NCBI GenBank assembly: GCA_951406725.2
Contig: OX597824.1
Coordinates: forward strand, 24,738,001 to 24,802,000
Length of the DNA: 64,000 nucleotides
Reading direction: 5' to 3'
From: Octopus vulgaris
Lineage: Eukaryota
Shown: in pieces, positions 27,470-42,805 of the stretch
How positions within the stretch are numbered: position 1 is the stretch's first letter
Layout of the letters: each line of letters begins with the position of its first letter
Notes under the pieces: generated by a model
What the model was told of the DNA's origin: nothing
Databases searched by the model: none
What the model saw: only the letters and a program-made list of their open reading frames with translations
Made by a program: the position numbers and the translations under genes

Positions 27470-27781
27470 ATATAGTGAGGTCATCAGACAGAAGTCCGGT
27501 GTGAGGGATGTCATCGTAGAATATACACGCAGCAAGTTTAGATGGGCTGGACACGTCGCCCGGCTCACCGATAATCGATGGACCCGCGCATTTGTCGCGT
27601 GGTACCAGCGCGAGCGGAAACGACCACTCGGAAGGCCTTCCACGACGGCGGAGTTACGATTTTAGGAGGGCGATTGGGATCGCGCGGATGAGGAAGGCGC
27701 GACCCAGAGAGGAGTGGGCAGCGTGGTGACCAGCGGTGTCAAATGGACGCCCGACAGACTGGTCGGTCAAGGTGATCAAGG

Positions 27782-27785
<4 letters not shown>
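27470..27785 (+). mobile_element. RTE-clade LINE 3' fragment
   Basis: IRQKSGVRDVIVEYTRSKFRWAGHVARLTDNRWTRAFVAWYQRERKRPLGRP is a typical RTE C-terminus; tandem tail GGTCAAGGTGATCAAGGT. Confidence 0.9.
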
Positions 27786-27815
<30 letters not shown>

Positions 27816-27823
<8 letters not shown>

Positions 27824-28103
27824 ACCGACCAGGCTATTAGATGTTGCTACACATCGCTGGTCACAATGCGCTTTGCATTGTTTTAGCCTTCAAATGACGC
27901 CACCCTGCTGGCTAAGCGAGCAGGCCAATAGAAGAAAGAGTGAGAGAAAGTTGTGGCGAAAGAGTACAGCAGGGATCGCCACCACCCACTGCCGGAGCCT
28001 CGTGGAGCTTTAGATGTTTTCGGTCAATAAACACTCACAACGCCCGGTCTGAGAATCGAAACTGCGAGTCCGCTGCGCTAACCACTGGGCCATTGCGCCT
28101 CCA
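27816..28103 (-). mobile_element. SINE family B, tail type 3 (RTE-like)
   Basis: Family B head plus tail TGTGACCAGCGATGTG...CTGGTCGGTCACGTGAT. Confidence 0.88.
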
Positions 28104-28134
28104 TATATATATATTACCTTGATCACCTTGACCG

Positions 28135-28181
<47 letters not shown>

Positions 28182-28242
28182 CACATATACATATATACAC
28201 AGATAGATAGATAGAGAGAGAGAGAGGGGGAGAGGCATATAT

Positions 28243-28406
<164 letters not shown>

Positions 28407-29100
28407 TATACAGATCTTTGCGTTTGTTTCACCACCAAGCACCACTGCTTGACAACTGGTATTGGGCTGTTTACGTCCCGTCACTACAATAAGTACAAGA
28501 CAGCAAAAAAAAAAAAAAAAGAATTAAAAGTAAAAGTACTGGAGAGACGATTTGATCGACTACTAAAACCCTTCAAGTGCAGTGCTCCAGCATGACACCA
28601 ATCCAATGATTGAGACAAACATATAAATATTTACATAAAGTTTTTATGTGTCTGAGTAGCGAAGTACTTACTCGTTTCATAGAAATACATCCGGATGTAT
28701 TTTATGTTGTATTTGACCTTAGACTATATTAACTGCTATGTACTGAAATTGCAGACACCAAACACTTCACAGATTAAATTCCTGCGTCACATACCATATT
28801 TACTAACAAACGTGTATGGAGTTGTTGCTGCTGTTGCAGCTGTTGCAGCTGTTGCTGTTGTTGGTGTTGGTGTTGGTGGTGTTGGTGTTGGTGTTGGTGG
28901 TGGTGGTGGTGGTGGTGGTGGTGGTGGGGGTGGTGTTTCGTCTCATGTCAGTCCTAAGACCTTTTCTTCATGTGCAGTGATGCAGGGCTACATTATCCCA
29001 TTCAATGATGCAAGGATGGGGAAGCGATTTGTGAAATGTTGTTTTCATAAATATATAGAAACCTGTGTTGAATATATATGTGTGTGTGTACATTATGTAC

Positions 29101-29104
<4 letters not shown>

Positions 29105-29143
<39 letters not shown>

Positions 29144-29455
29144 CATGCATAAATACATACATAAATACATGCATGCATACATACATACATACGTACGTAC
29201 ATACATGCATACATACATACATACATACATACATACATACATACATACATACATACATACATACATACGTACATACATACATACATACATACATACATAC
29301 GTACATACATACATACATACATACGTACATACATACATACATACATACATACATACATAAATACATACATACATACATACGTATACATACATACATACAT
29401 ACATACATACATACATACATACATACGTACATACATACATACATACATACATACA

Positions 29456-29488
<33 letters not shown>

Positions 29489-29490
29489 GT
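29105..29490. repeat. (AT)n/(ATAC)n microsatellite
   Basis: Directly visible. Confidence 0.95.
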
Positions 29491-29683
29491 AAACACATGC
29501 ACTCATGAGCGCGTGCACATAACCGTCAATCTATCACTAATCGATGCCTCGCCTTGATATTTTGTAGAAAATTATAAAAATGAAGCCTTGACTCCAAATT
29601 GCGCAAAATAAATGCTAAACCTTCATTAGGATTGATTTTAATGGTTTTTGTTCTTTTACTACTATACACCTTGAAAATGTGTG

Positions 29684-29720
<37 letters not shown>

Positions 29721-29848
29721 CCTGGTGCTTATTCTACCGTTCGCTTAAGCTAAATTGAGGGATCGTTACGGGGACGTAAACACAACACTGGTTGTCAAGA
29801 GGGTAAAACAAAAACGGGGGACAAACAGACGCAAACCCGCACAAACCA

Positions 29849-29886
<38 letters not shown>

Positions 29887-30692
29887 GTCGTACGTATATA
29901 TACATATATATCAATGGTGACTCTGGCACTCGGGCCCGAGTATAAATTTGGTAAAGTAAGCGAGTATTATCAATCTGATTTAATTTCTGCCAACACTGAC
30001 TTGAAGTATGCAGTTGTAGCCAATAACACCTTTTATTGAGCCTGGTCGTAGTTAATTTACTTTTGTTCAGAATCTGGCGGTCATCTTAGAGGTGCCTTGT
30101 GTCAAAAAATATCATTCGTAGCAGATGTTCTCTCTCGACATCGTTGACACGTACCTGACTCGGGCTCAGAAGTTACAGCCCGAGCTGTTATCTATAATCG
30201 TAAAAATCAAAAGTAATCCAAATTCAATGTTTTCTTGAAACAAATAAATTTCTATAGAGATTAGGATTTAAATACCAATCTATGAAAAGCTTCCGTTGTA
30301 CAATATTCTTAGAGGAACGAAAAATTATTCAGCAACTCGGGCTAATACGAACGAGCCTTGTAGGTGTAAAAGAACTAATTGGCATCTCTTGTCAAGAGTA
30401 CAGGTGACGGTCAGATCGCTGATGTTTCTTGTGCATTCCCGCTGTCGCTATTTGATTTCTGTTATTCTGTGCGTCTGTGTGTAAAGATCTGTTGTGTTTT
30501 GCAAGGTTGCTTTATTTTAACCCTTAACTTACAAATGGAGAAAGACATAGTGCTAGATACTAAAAAAATAAGTCATTTGGGGCTGGAAATAAAGCGGGAA
30601 AAACGTGAAATTTTTCGAGCAGGCATGCGTCTTATGCGAAATCTGGGATGAGCCCGAGTGACGCTGATGACCTTGAATCGCCTCTGATATGT

Positions 30693-30749
<57 letters not shown>

Positions 30750-31542
30750 TGTGTGTGTGTGTGCGTGCGTGAATGTGTATTTGTGTCTGTGTTTGGCGAC
30801 ACCCATCATTTGAGAAACGGTGTTGGTGTGTTTACGTCCCGTTAATATAGCGGTTCTGCAAAAGCGACCGATTAGAATAAGCAACAGGTTTTTTAAAAAG
30901 AACAAAATGCATCGGAGCCCGATTCGTTCGACTGAAACTCTTCAAAGTGATGCTCCAGCATGGCTACAATCTTTGAAACAATGTATCCGACGTCTGTTCT
31001 CGGGAGGATTTTAGAATTGAGAATCAAGGATATCTTGACACATTTATAAAGAAGAGAAGAAAATCCGCGTATATTAAATTACTTAAACGCAAAATGCAAA
31101 ACCATATCGAGCGATTGTCCAGAGAGAAGCTTCAGTTAGGCATAAGAGCAAGAGGTTTCAAATGTCCAGCAATCCGGTTTATATGCAGCTTAAGTGACCG
31201 AGATCTCACCAGTCAACCTGCACAAGACGCCAGTTCGTCTCAAGGTTTACAGCTTTTACAGCTGACTGGATTGGAGTAAGTTTAAATGTGAAGTGCTTGC
31301 TGAAGAACATACCGGAGCGCCGAGTCCGGGAATCGAAATCGCGATTCTCCTATCGTGAGTGTATTGACCTAACTACGAGACGACGGGTCTTAACAGCTGA
31401 ACATATCTAAATAGAAAAAAAAACTTTTTATTTCGATGCAATTCATGATTAAATATTTGTAAATAATTTGTTTAATTGTTCACTCTTAAACTGTTGTTTT
31501 TATTGATTTTAAATTAACATTGGGGACGTAGTTACCTTTTAT

Positions 31543-31942
31543 GACGGCGAGCTGGAAGAAACGTTAGCACGCTGAACGAAATTCTTAGCGGTATTTCGTC
31601 TGCCGTTACGTTCTGAGTTCAAATTCCGCCGAGGTCGACTTTGCCTTTCATCTTTTTAGGGTCGATAAATTAAGTATCAGTTACGCACTGGGCTCGATGT
31701 AATCGATTTCATCCGTTTGTCCCCTCTGCGTTTAGCTCCTTGTGGGTAGTAAAGAAATAGGTATTTCGTCTGCCGCTACGTTCTGAGTTCAAATTCCGAA
31801 AGATCAACTTTGCCTTTCATCTTTTTGGGGTCGATTAAATAAGTACCAGTTCTGCACTGGGGTCGATATAATGGACTTAATTTGTTTGTCTGTCCTTGTT
31901 TGACCCCCTCTATGTTTAGTCCTTGTAGGCAATAAAGAAATA
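31543..31942 (+). mobile_element. SINE family C head-to-tail dimer
   Basis: Head and unit, then junction AAAGAAATAGGTATTTCGTC at ~31751-31770, then a second headless unit. Confidence 0.88.
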
Positions 31943-32501
31943 TTGGGTTGTCCGGAAAGTTCATGTCGATTTTCAAAGGAAAGAAAAAGGTCAATAAATA
32001 CTTGCCATTACATTTTTAATCAACGAACCATTTTGTAGCATAATGCGTCTCCATCTTTCCTTTAACTGGAAAATACCCTCTTTCCAGAATTCAGGTGGTT
32101 TCATGTCAAAGAATTCATCAAGGTATCTTTTTACGTCATACAAGGAATTGAAATTTTTACCATTAAGACTATTCTGCAGAGACCTAAATAAGTGGAAATC
32201 CGAAGGAGCAATATCTGGTGAATATGGAGAGTGGGGTCACACATACTAGCTGAGCTACAGTAATTTTTGTCTGGTTCCCAAAGCATCAAGTGCTGAAAAT
32301 GAACTTTCTTATCTTCCATTTTAAAGGGTTACAGAATTAACACAGGTTATAGGAACATAAGCCTTCTTCCACGAAAAGATAGCTTAAACTGTGCTCTAAA
32401 TGGAGGTGTAGTAAAATCCTATTTTATCGACTCAACCATGTTCTAAAATAAGTCGAAAGATAAGCTCCTATAAATCGGCACGAACTTTCCGGACAACCCA
32501 A
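31943..32501 (-). mobile_element. Internally deleted mariner transposon
   Basis: TIRs TTGGGTTGTCCGGAAAGTTC.TG.CGATTT at both ends, TA flanks. Minus strand encodes N-terminal MEDKKVHFQHLMLW and C-terminal PYSPDIAPSDFHLFRSLQNSLNGKNF...WKEGIFQLKERW (YSPDLAP motif). Confidence 0.95.
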
Positions 32502-32650
32502 TAATTATTTCATAGTAATATCGGCTCTCACCTAACGGCTGGACATTTAGAGCAAATCAAATTGGGAATTCCTTGTATCATACATACATACATATACACA
32601 TACATACATACATACAAATACATACATATACACATACATACATACATACA

Positions 32651-32683
<33 letters not shown>

Positions 32684-32753
32684 TTGTGTATGTGTGTATG
32701 TGTACATACATGATACATACATATACATACATTCTCACATATATGTATATATA

Positions 32754-32786
<33 letters not shown>

Positions 32787-33412
32787 GTGTGTGTAAATAC
32801 ATGTGTAGGATTGTATACACACACCACACACAAACACACACACACTCACTCACACACACACATACACACACAAACACACACACTCACTCACACACACACA
32901 CATACTGGGTGGGCCCAAGCGACCTTTAGTTACTCTAATTTACATTCATTATTTTCTGTGGGAATTCTGCGTTGACATCATTTCATTCTTTGCCAAATTA
33001 AAGAGAAAAGTGCTCGTTGCTATGAATTTTGTTACGCGCTTGTCCTTCATATGTCTGCACTTTACTCCCATCTTCTTAATGCACATGCTAATCCCCAAGT
33101 CTTTCACACCCTGTGATTGCAGTGCCTTCGGGTCCTGTGTATGCAGGCTGCGGTGCACTTGTGAGTAGCAGTACTTGAAATTTTCTAGCATTAAACCGCA
33201 TATTACTTCAGCGCACTTTGTGTATTGCATTCAGGCCTCCATGTAAGCTTGCGACGTCATTTGGATTTTTTTATTGCCTGTGATAATTTTGTATATGTGT
33301 GTATAGGCCAGTATTTATGTTTGTGTGTGTGTGTGTGCGTGCAAATATATTACATATCTACACGTATGCATAATTTCATCTTAATATATATGTATAGATA
33401 TATACGTATGAG

Positions 33413-33444
<32 letters not shown>

Positions 33445-33446
<2 letters not shown>

Positions 33447-33666
33447 CTCTTGTACTTGTTTCACTCATTTGACTGCGGCCATGCTGGAGCACCGCTCTTT
33501 AGTCGAGCAAATCGACCCCGGGACTTATTCTTTGTAAGCCCAGTACTTATTCTATCGGTCTCTTTTGCCGAACTGCTAAGTGACGGGGATGTAAACACAC
33601 CAGCATCGGTTGTCAAGCAATGCTAGGGGGACAAACACAGAGACACAAACATACACACACACACAC

Positions 33667-33708
<42 letters not shown>

Positions 33709-33833
33709 GCTTCTTTAGATATATACATATATACGATGGGCTTCTTTCAGTTTCCGTCTACCAAATCCACTCAGGACCCGGAACCATGTGGTTGGTAAGC
33801 AAGCTACTTACCACACATCCACTCCTACGCCTA
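33445..33833 (-). mobile_element. SINE family A with internal deletion
   Basis: Family A tail and head present; CORE-like part missing. Confidence 0.85.
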
Positions 33834-33836
33834 TGA

Positions 33837-33892
<56 letters not shown>

Positions 33893-33896
<4 letters not shown>

Positions 33897-34173
33897 ATAA
33901 TAAATATTAGGGAATAAATCCAAATTTACAGGGAAAAATCAGATTTAGGATTGAATCCAATTTTATAGTAAAATATAATATAATATTAATTAGAGACAAA
34001 ACCACTATTATGCAAATCAAACAAAGAAAGACTTAATCCAATACATAAACATTTTTATATAAATTAAATATAATTAAGATTAATTAATCTTAATTATATT
34101 TAATTTATATAAAAATTTTTATGTATTGGATTAAGTCTTTCTTTGATTTGCATAATAGTGGTTTTGTCTCTAA

Positions 34174-34185
<12 letters not shown>
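33893..34185. repeat. Fold-back element, family P5 (palindrome 33978-34185 plus unpaired left extension)
   Basis: Centre AAGATTAATTAATCTT. The same family folds back at 60253-60462 and appears collapsed at 23843-23950. Confidence 0.9.
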
Positions 34186-34216
<31 letters not shown>

Positions 34217-34468
34217 TATGAGTATATATATATATATTTATTTATATATTTATATTTATATATATATAAAATATACACACACACACACACACACAACACA
34301 CACACACACACACACACAATTAACCGTAGCTATGTAAGCTCTAAAGATAGTGAAAGTTTGACGCCTTAAGTGACCTGTCAAAATATTTCCAAGAATTCCA
34401 ACTACAGCAATGGGCGGGGTTAGGAGGAACAGAAGGATCGACACGCGGCTAGTTATATGTTTGAATGC

Positions 34469-34515
<47 letters not shown>

Positions 34516-34617
34516 CATAGTGATAACCCAAAATATTAAAAAGAAAAAGAACAAGAAGAAGAAGAACAACAACAAACTTGTGCATGTGTGCACGCATACA
34601 TGTCTATGTGCGTATAC

Positions 34618-34648
<31 letters not shown>

Positions 34649-34691
34649 AAGACTTATACACCTCTCACATCTATGTGTAAAGGTGTGTGTG

Positions 34692-34726
<35 letters not shown>

Positions 34727-34911
34727 ATGTATATATATATATATATGTATACATATATATATATATGTATGTATATGTGTGTGTATATATATGTATGTAT
34801 GTATGTATATATTTATATAATGTATATATATATGAGTGTGTATGTGTGTGTGTGTGTATTATAGGTACGCAGCACTCCCTCTTTCCCTCTCTCTTTCCCT
34901 CTGTCTGTCTG

Positions 34912-34995
<84 letters not shown>

Positions 34996-35269
34996 CTCAT
35001 ATGAGAAGAATCACGCACACCCCTGTGTGTGTATGTGTGAGTGTTTATCTTATCTCACGTTTATAGACATACATTCACATACACACACACACACACGCAG
35101 AGACACACGCAAACAAACAAAAACACACATTCACACTCACACTCTGTCTAACACATCGGCCAAAAATAAAATACACACACAAAAATATAAATATAAGTAG
35201 GTGTATATGATCCCCTTATGTGAACGAGTACATGTACTCGTTCTTCTCTGGGTTTTTTTTTTTTGTTTT

Positions 35270-35662
35270 TTTTTTACTTGTTTCAGTCATTTGACTGCGG
35301 CCATGCTAGAGCACCGCCTTTAATCGAGCAACTCGATCCCGGGACTTATACTTTTGTAAGCCCAGTACTTATTCTATCGGTCTCTTTTGCCGAACCGCTA
35401 AGTAACGGGGAATATAAACACACCAGCATCGGTTGTCAAGCAATGCTAGGGGGACAAACACAGACACACACACACTCATATAGATATATACATATATACG
35501 ACGGGCTTCTTTCAGTTTCCGTCTACCAAATCCACTCACAGGGCTTTGGTCGGCCCGAGGCTATAGTAGAAGACACTTGCCCAAGGTGCCACGCAGTGGG
35601 ACTGAACCCGGAACCATGTGGTTGGTAAACAAGCTACTTACCACACAGCCACTCCTGCGCCT
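35270..35662 (-). mobile_element. SINE family A, full length
   Basis: Full family A sequence. Confidence 0.9.
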
Positions 35663-36344
35663 ACGTATAATCTTCAAAGATTAAACGATTTTTATCAGCA
35701 TTGAATTCGGAGTCATTACTTATCAAAGTTTGAAAATATTTCTAGCCTCTTTATCTGGATACTTTGAACTTTTCACTGAAATACCACACACTACTCTTGT
35801 TTTTTTTTATAGGCCTCAGTGGGCCCTGATCGAGCAGACCCCAGGGAGGTGGAATAGCATTCCAGACGTCACTACATCCGTCGTTTTCCTATTCATACTG
35901 CTCCCCCACCCCAAGACCGACCGACCGACCACGTCGATTATCTAATGGGTGTTTTATTCTTAAGACCTCTTAAGACCACACAGGATGCGGAGTGTGATAG
36001 ATTTAGCTGCTAGCTCACGCAGGTCAAGCCAGGGTCGTTTTAACAGCATTATAACCTTCTCCAAAGGCGGTAAAGGCACGTAGTTTAATGGTTAGGGTAT
36101 AGCACACCATGATCGATTACCGTTGTGTTCTTGGGAAAAAGGCTTCAATTTCATGCTGTTCCGGATCACTCAACGGCAATGAGTAACTCTACGATTTGCC
36201 GTTGAGTTACTCAACGGCGAATTGAGTAACTCAATTTGCCATTGAGTACTCAACGGGAAAGGTTGTGTTCTCATTCACTTATACGACATGGAAACCGAGT
36301 ATCCTAGGACTCGAAACACCAGTGCCTAGGGGCTGCAGCTGCTA

Positions 36345-36950
36345 CTACTAATGATGAAGATGCTGATGGTGCTGATGATGGTGATGATGACGGTGATGAT
36401 GTTAATGGTGGTGGTGGTGGTGTTGGTGGCTGTGGTGGTTGTGATGGTGGTGGTGGTGACGACGACGACGACGATGACGACGAGAATGATGATGATGATT
36501 GATGATTGATGATGATGATGATGAGGAGGAGGAGGAGGAGGAGGAGGAGGAGAAGGAGGAGGAGAAGAAGAAGAAGAAGAAGAAGAAGAAGAAGAGAGAA
36601 GAAGAAGAAGAAGAAGAAGAAGAAGAAGAAGATGAAGATGAAGATGAAGAAGGTGAAGAAGAAGAAGAAGAAGAAGAAGAAGAAGAAGGTGAAGAAGAAG
36701 AAGAAGAAGAAGAAGGTGAAGAAGAAGAAGAAGAAGAAGAAGAAGAAGAAGAAGAAGAAGAAGAAGAAGAAGAAGAAGAAGAAGGTGAAGAAGAAGAAGA
36801 AGAAGAAGAAGAAGAAGAAGAAGAAGAAGGTGAAGAAGAAGAAGAAGAAGAAGAAGAAGAAGAAGAAGAAGAAGAAGAAGAAGAAGAAGAAGAAGAAGAA
36901 GAAGAAGAAGAAGAAGAAGAAGAAGAAGAAGAAGAAGAAGAAGAAGAAGA
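36345..36950. repeat. Compound trinucleotide array (GAT/GGT/GAC/GAG/GAA)n
   Basis: Directly visible; long (GAA)n with GGT interruptions. Confidence 0.95.
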
Positions 36951-37412
36951 GCTGACAAAAGCGTGAGGGCGTCGGAAGAAATGCCCTGCAGAATTCCAGT
37001 ATTCCTTCGACTTCTTTGTGCGGTCAACTTTGCTTTCCATCCCTCCAGTGTCGATAAAAATACACAACATCGACTTTATGCCTAAATCAGAAGTCATTAT
37101 AGCACCCTTCTCCATGCAAAGTAATGCCTACACAACCACACTGCAGAGTCACATTGGGTTCACTAAACTTATGCGGCAACCAGGTAAACTATCCTGTGGT
37201 ATCCATATCTTTAGACGGCACTGCATCTTGATCAAGGGTGGATGATTTTAATGGAACCCGGCTCTGTTGTCCGGTGTGAAAATAACTACATTCCTTTCTG
37301 TCATCAATATCAGAACACGTGAAAAAGTTCATAAACGTGAGATTTTATCCTCTGATTAATCCGTTAGACATACATACATACATTCATACATACATACACA
37401 CACGCACACACA

Positions 37413-37444
<32 letters not shown>

Positions 37445-37624
37445 TAAATGTACATATATATTTCATTTTGGTATTTGGCTTGCAAGATTCTTTACGTGAG
37501 TTCGTGTGTTGAAGCATATTCTGTTGTGTCTGGGGAGAGTCATTTTCTTTTGGTGCCTTATAATTCACTCACCAGTAAAATTTCCACTTATTTCTTATTT
37601 TTTGCGGATACCCTGTGTGCGTGC

Positions 37625-37664
<40 letters not shown>

Positions 37665-37672
<8 letters not shown>

Positions 37673-37966
37673 ATCACGTGACCAACCAGACCATCAGATG
37701 TTGCTACACATCGCTGGTCACGATGCGTTCGCATTGTTTTAGCCTTCGAATGACGCCACCCCGCTGGCTAAGCGAGCAGGCCAACAGAAGAAAGAGTGAG
37801 AGAAAGAGTGGTGAAAGAGTTCAGCAGGGATCACCACCCCCTGCCGGAGCCTCGTGGAGCTTTAGGTGTTTTCGCTCAATAAACACTCACAACGCCCGGT
37901 CTAGGAATCGAATCTGCGATCCTACGACCGCGAGTCCGCTGCCCTAACCACTAGGCCATTGCGCCT

Positions 37967-37969
<3 letters not shown>
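37665..37969 (-). mobile_element. SINE family B, tail type 3
   Basis: Family B head; tail ends GGTCACGTGATCACGTGAT. A diverged tail-only copy lies at 38636-38742. Confidence 0.9.
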
Positions 37970-38064
<95 letters not shown>

Positions 38065-38404
38065 GCTGACAGGCAGACAGATTGATAAATATGTATATTT
38101 ATTATGTAGGTAGGTGAAAAAAATCCAAATTGTGTTCTCTTGAAGTACATCTGCTCGCTCAGGTATTGCAATCCAATATAATGTTGTTGTTGTTTTATTC
38201 ATGTGAGGTACATATCGGAGTTGAAATTTGTGGAAATATTGCTTGCAAAGTTACTACAGAGTATTGTTCGATTCCCTGTCTGAAAAATTTTAAATACGAA
38301 ATTTCTTACAGGCTTATACAAAATTTTATGATCCCTATTAGCAAATGGAACATGTGTAATGGTGAATATATAAAACCACAAAATATTTCCAGATTCCTCT
38401 TTTG

Positions 38405-38485
<81 letters not shown>

Positions 38486-38503
38486 TGTATGTATGTATGT
38501 ATG

Positions 38504-38537
<34 letters not shown>

Positions 38538-38594
38538 TGTATGCAAGTATGTATAATGTATGTATATATATATATATAGGTGTGTGTGTGTATA

Positions 38595-38636
<42 letters not shown>

Positions 38637-38807
38637 TGATCACGTGATCGACCAGGCTATTTGATGGCTGTTGCGCACCCCTGGTCATAATGTACTTTGC
38701 ATCGATTTAGCTTTCAAATGATGCCATCCTGCAGTCTAAGCGCACACACACACACATAGACGTGTGTGTGTGTACGTGTGTATGTGTGTGTGTGTGAGAG
38801 AGAGAGT

Positions 38808-38865
<58 letters not shown>

Positions 38866-38868
<3 letters not shown>

Positions 38869-39390
38869 TTAATCCAGTACAACCTGCTGCATAATCGGAG
38901 TGTCGGCGACCGAACTGACAACTCCATTAAGTTTGTTTAGTAAGGAGGTTGGTTCGTTGGACACTCAGCAAGATGAAAAGCAAAACCCGTCAGAAGGACG
39001 ATGAACTCATTAAAGTAATCGACTATCCAATACTGTGTACACAAGCTTTGTCCTGCTATTTCTCCAGGACAGCGTTTGAAGCAGTAGCAATCATCAACAA
39101 ACTGGTGACCTTGGTGCAGAAAGCTGTGGCTGTGCAGAGAATTGACGTGTTTTCAGCAATGGTCAGGTAAAACTGGTTCAGTCAGCAGAGAACCATGAGG
39201 ATGAAAACGTAGTCATAGTGTACCGCATTTCTGGGAGTGAGTCACCCTCTAGTTCTCGTTAAGACATGGCTCTGCGAGAAGGAAAACTTTGATGTGAACC
39301 CTGCAACTCGCTGGCAGCAGCCAGTGTTGTTGACAAGTTCTTCTTTTAGGATTATTTGTGATCGTTGTGTACAGAACCCGCCTCACTCTA
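38866..39390 (+). repeat. Old interspersed repeat, possibly a LINE 5' UTR remnant
   Basis: Start AATCCAGTACAACCTGCT...TCGGCGAC is homologous to 57107-57185; class uncertain. Confidence 0.4.
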
Positions 39391-39397
39391 AAATATA

Positions 39398-39632
39398 TAT
39401 TTCTTTACTACCCACAAGGGGCTAAACACAGAGGGGACAAACAAGGACAGACAAAGCGATAAAGTCGATTCCATCGACCCCCCAGTGCGTGACTGCTACT
39501 TAATTTATCGACCCCGAAAGGATGAAAGGCAAAGTCGACCTCGGCGGAATTTGAACTCAGAACGTAACGGCAGACGAAATACGGCTTCGCATTTCGTCCG
39601 GCGTGCTACCGTTTCTGCCAGCTCGCCGCCTT
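39398..39632 (-). mobile_element. SINE family C monomer with 13-bp TSD
   Basis: ACTCTAAAATATA at 39385-39397 and 39633-39645. Confidence 0.92.
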
Positions 39633-39764
39633 ACTCTAAAATATAGAGCATCCAGTAATCCATGCCTGAAAGGGACGGGTTTCTGTCGGTGGCCCGTGAA
39701 ACTTTAAGTCTCATAGAACTAAATCAGGCTGATTCAAATCATGTGTGTGAGTGTGTATGTGTGT

Positions 39765-39795
<31 letters not shown>

Positions 39796-39796
39796 A

Positions 39797-41570
<1,774 letters not shown>

Positions 41571-41659
41571 CCAATATATATATATATATTGTTATATTTC
41601 GGAATGGTCATATTGCCAGTTTAGCCAATAAATATTTAAACGTATATATATATATATAT

Positions 41660-41837
41660 TAGGAAGGGCATCCAGCTGTAGAAACATTGCCAAATTTAGA
41701 CTGGAGCCTGAGGTGCAGCGCCATTTGGAAAGTCGGGATCACCACCCGCCGGCCTCGTAGAGCAGGTGCTTCCCAGAACCCCGGTCGAACCGTCCAACCC
41801 ATGCTAGCATGGAGAACGGACGTTAAACGACGATGAT
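41660..41837 (+). mobile_element. 3' portion of another SINE with (GAT)n-type tail and a family B-like internal patch
   Basis: AGGAAGGGCATCCAGCTGTAGAAAC...CCAACCCATGCTAGCATGGAGAACGGACGTTAAACGACGATGAT; internal GGGATCACCACCCGCCGGCCTCGTAGAGC resembles family B. Confidence 0.55.
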
Positions 41838-41906
41838 ATATACATATATATATATATATATATGCACTCACACGTACACATACATACTCATACAGGTATT
41901 GTTATG

Positions 41907-42055
<149 letters not shown>

Positions 42056-42285
42056 CTATGTATGTATGTATTCGGTAAACATTAACACTGATTGTTAAAC
42101 TTACACGTATATACACGTGCACGTTTGAAATACTGAACTCATTCCCTTTATTTTAATTGCTCTGTTTTGTTTGTTTTATCTTCTTTTTGTTTCATATTAT
42201 TATTTTTTTTATATATTTTTTTCATCTTCTTATCATTGTTTACATTTTGTTCAATAATAAAAAAAAAGTTTAATGTATTGTCTAC

Positions 42286-42366
<81 letters not shown>

Positions 42367-42483
42367 TATATTTATATATATATATAAAACAGATAGCTTT
42401 TATAATGCAAGTCAAAAACTGGAGTCAAACTGTATTTGCTTTTGATTTTTTTTATTGTATTTGTTTTAAGCTTTGCAACGTTA

Positions 42484-42805
42484 TGGTGGAGGTGGTAGCG
42501 ATAATGCAGGGGTGGTAGGTGGTGGTGGTGGTGGTGGTGGTGGTGGTGGTGGTGGTGGTGGTGGTGGTGGTGGTGGTGGTTGTGGTGGTTGTGGTGGTTG
42601 TGGTGGTGGTTGTGGTAGTGGTGGTGGTGGTGGTGGTGGTGGTGGTGGTGGTGGTGGTGGTGGTGGTGGTGGTGGTGGTGGTGGTGGTGGTGGTGGTTGT
42701 GGTGGTGGTGGTGGTTGTGGTGGTTGTGGTGGTGGTGGTGGTGGTGGTGGTTGTGGTGGTGGTGGTGGTGGTGGTGGTGGTGGTGGTGGTGGTGGTGGTG
42801 GTGGT
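42484..42805. repeat. (GGT)n microsatellite
   Basis: Directly visible. Confidence 0.95.

Noticed and set aside
32949-33230. 93-aa non-repetitive ORF containing VKDLGI
   Set aside because: One short LINE-like motif is not enough; no family or splice structure can be supported.
36326-37115. Long poly-E/poly-K/poly-S/poly-L ORFs
   Set aside because: They are translations of a (GAA)n-dominated array open in several frames, with no unique coding context.
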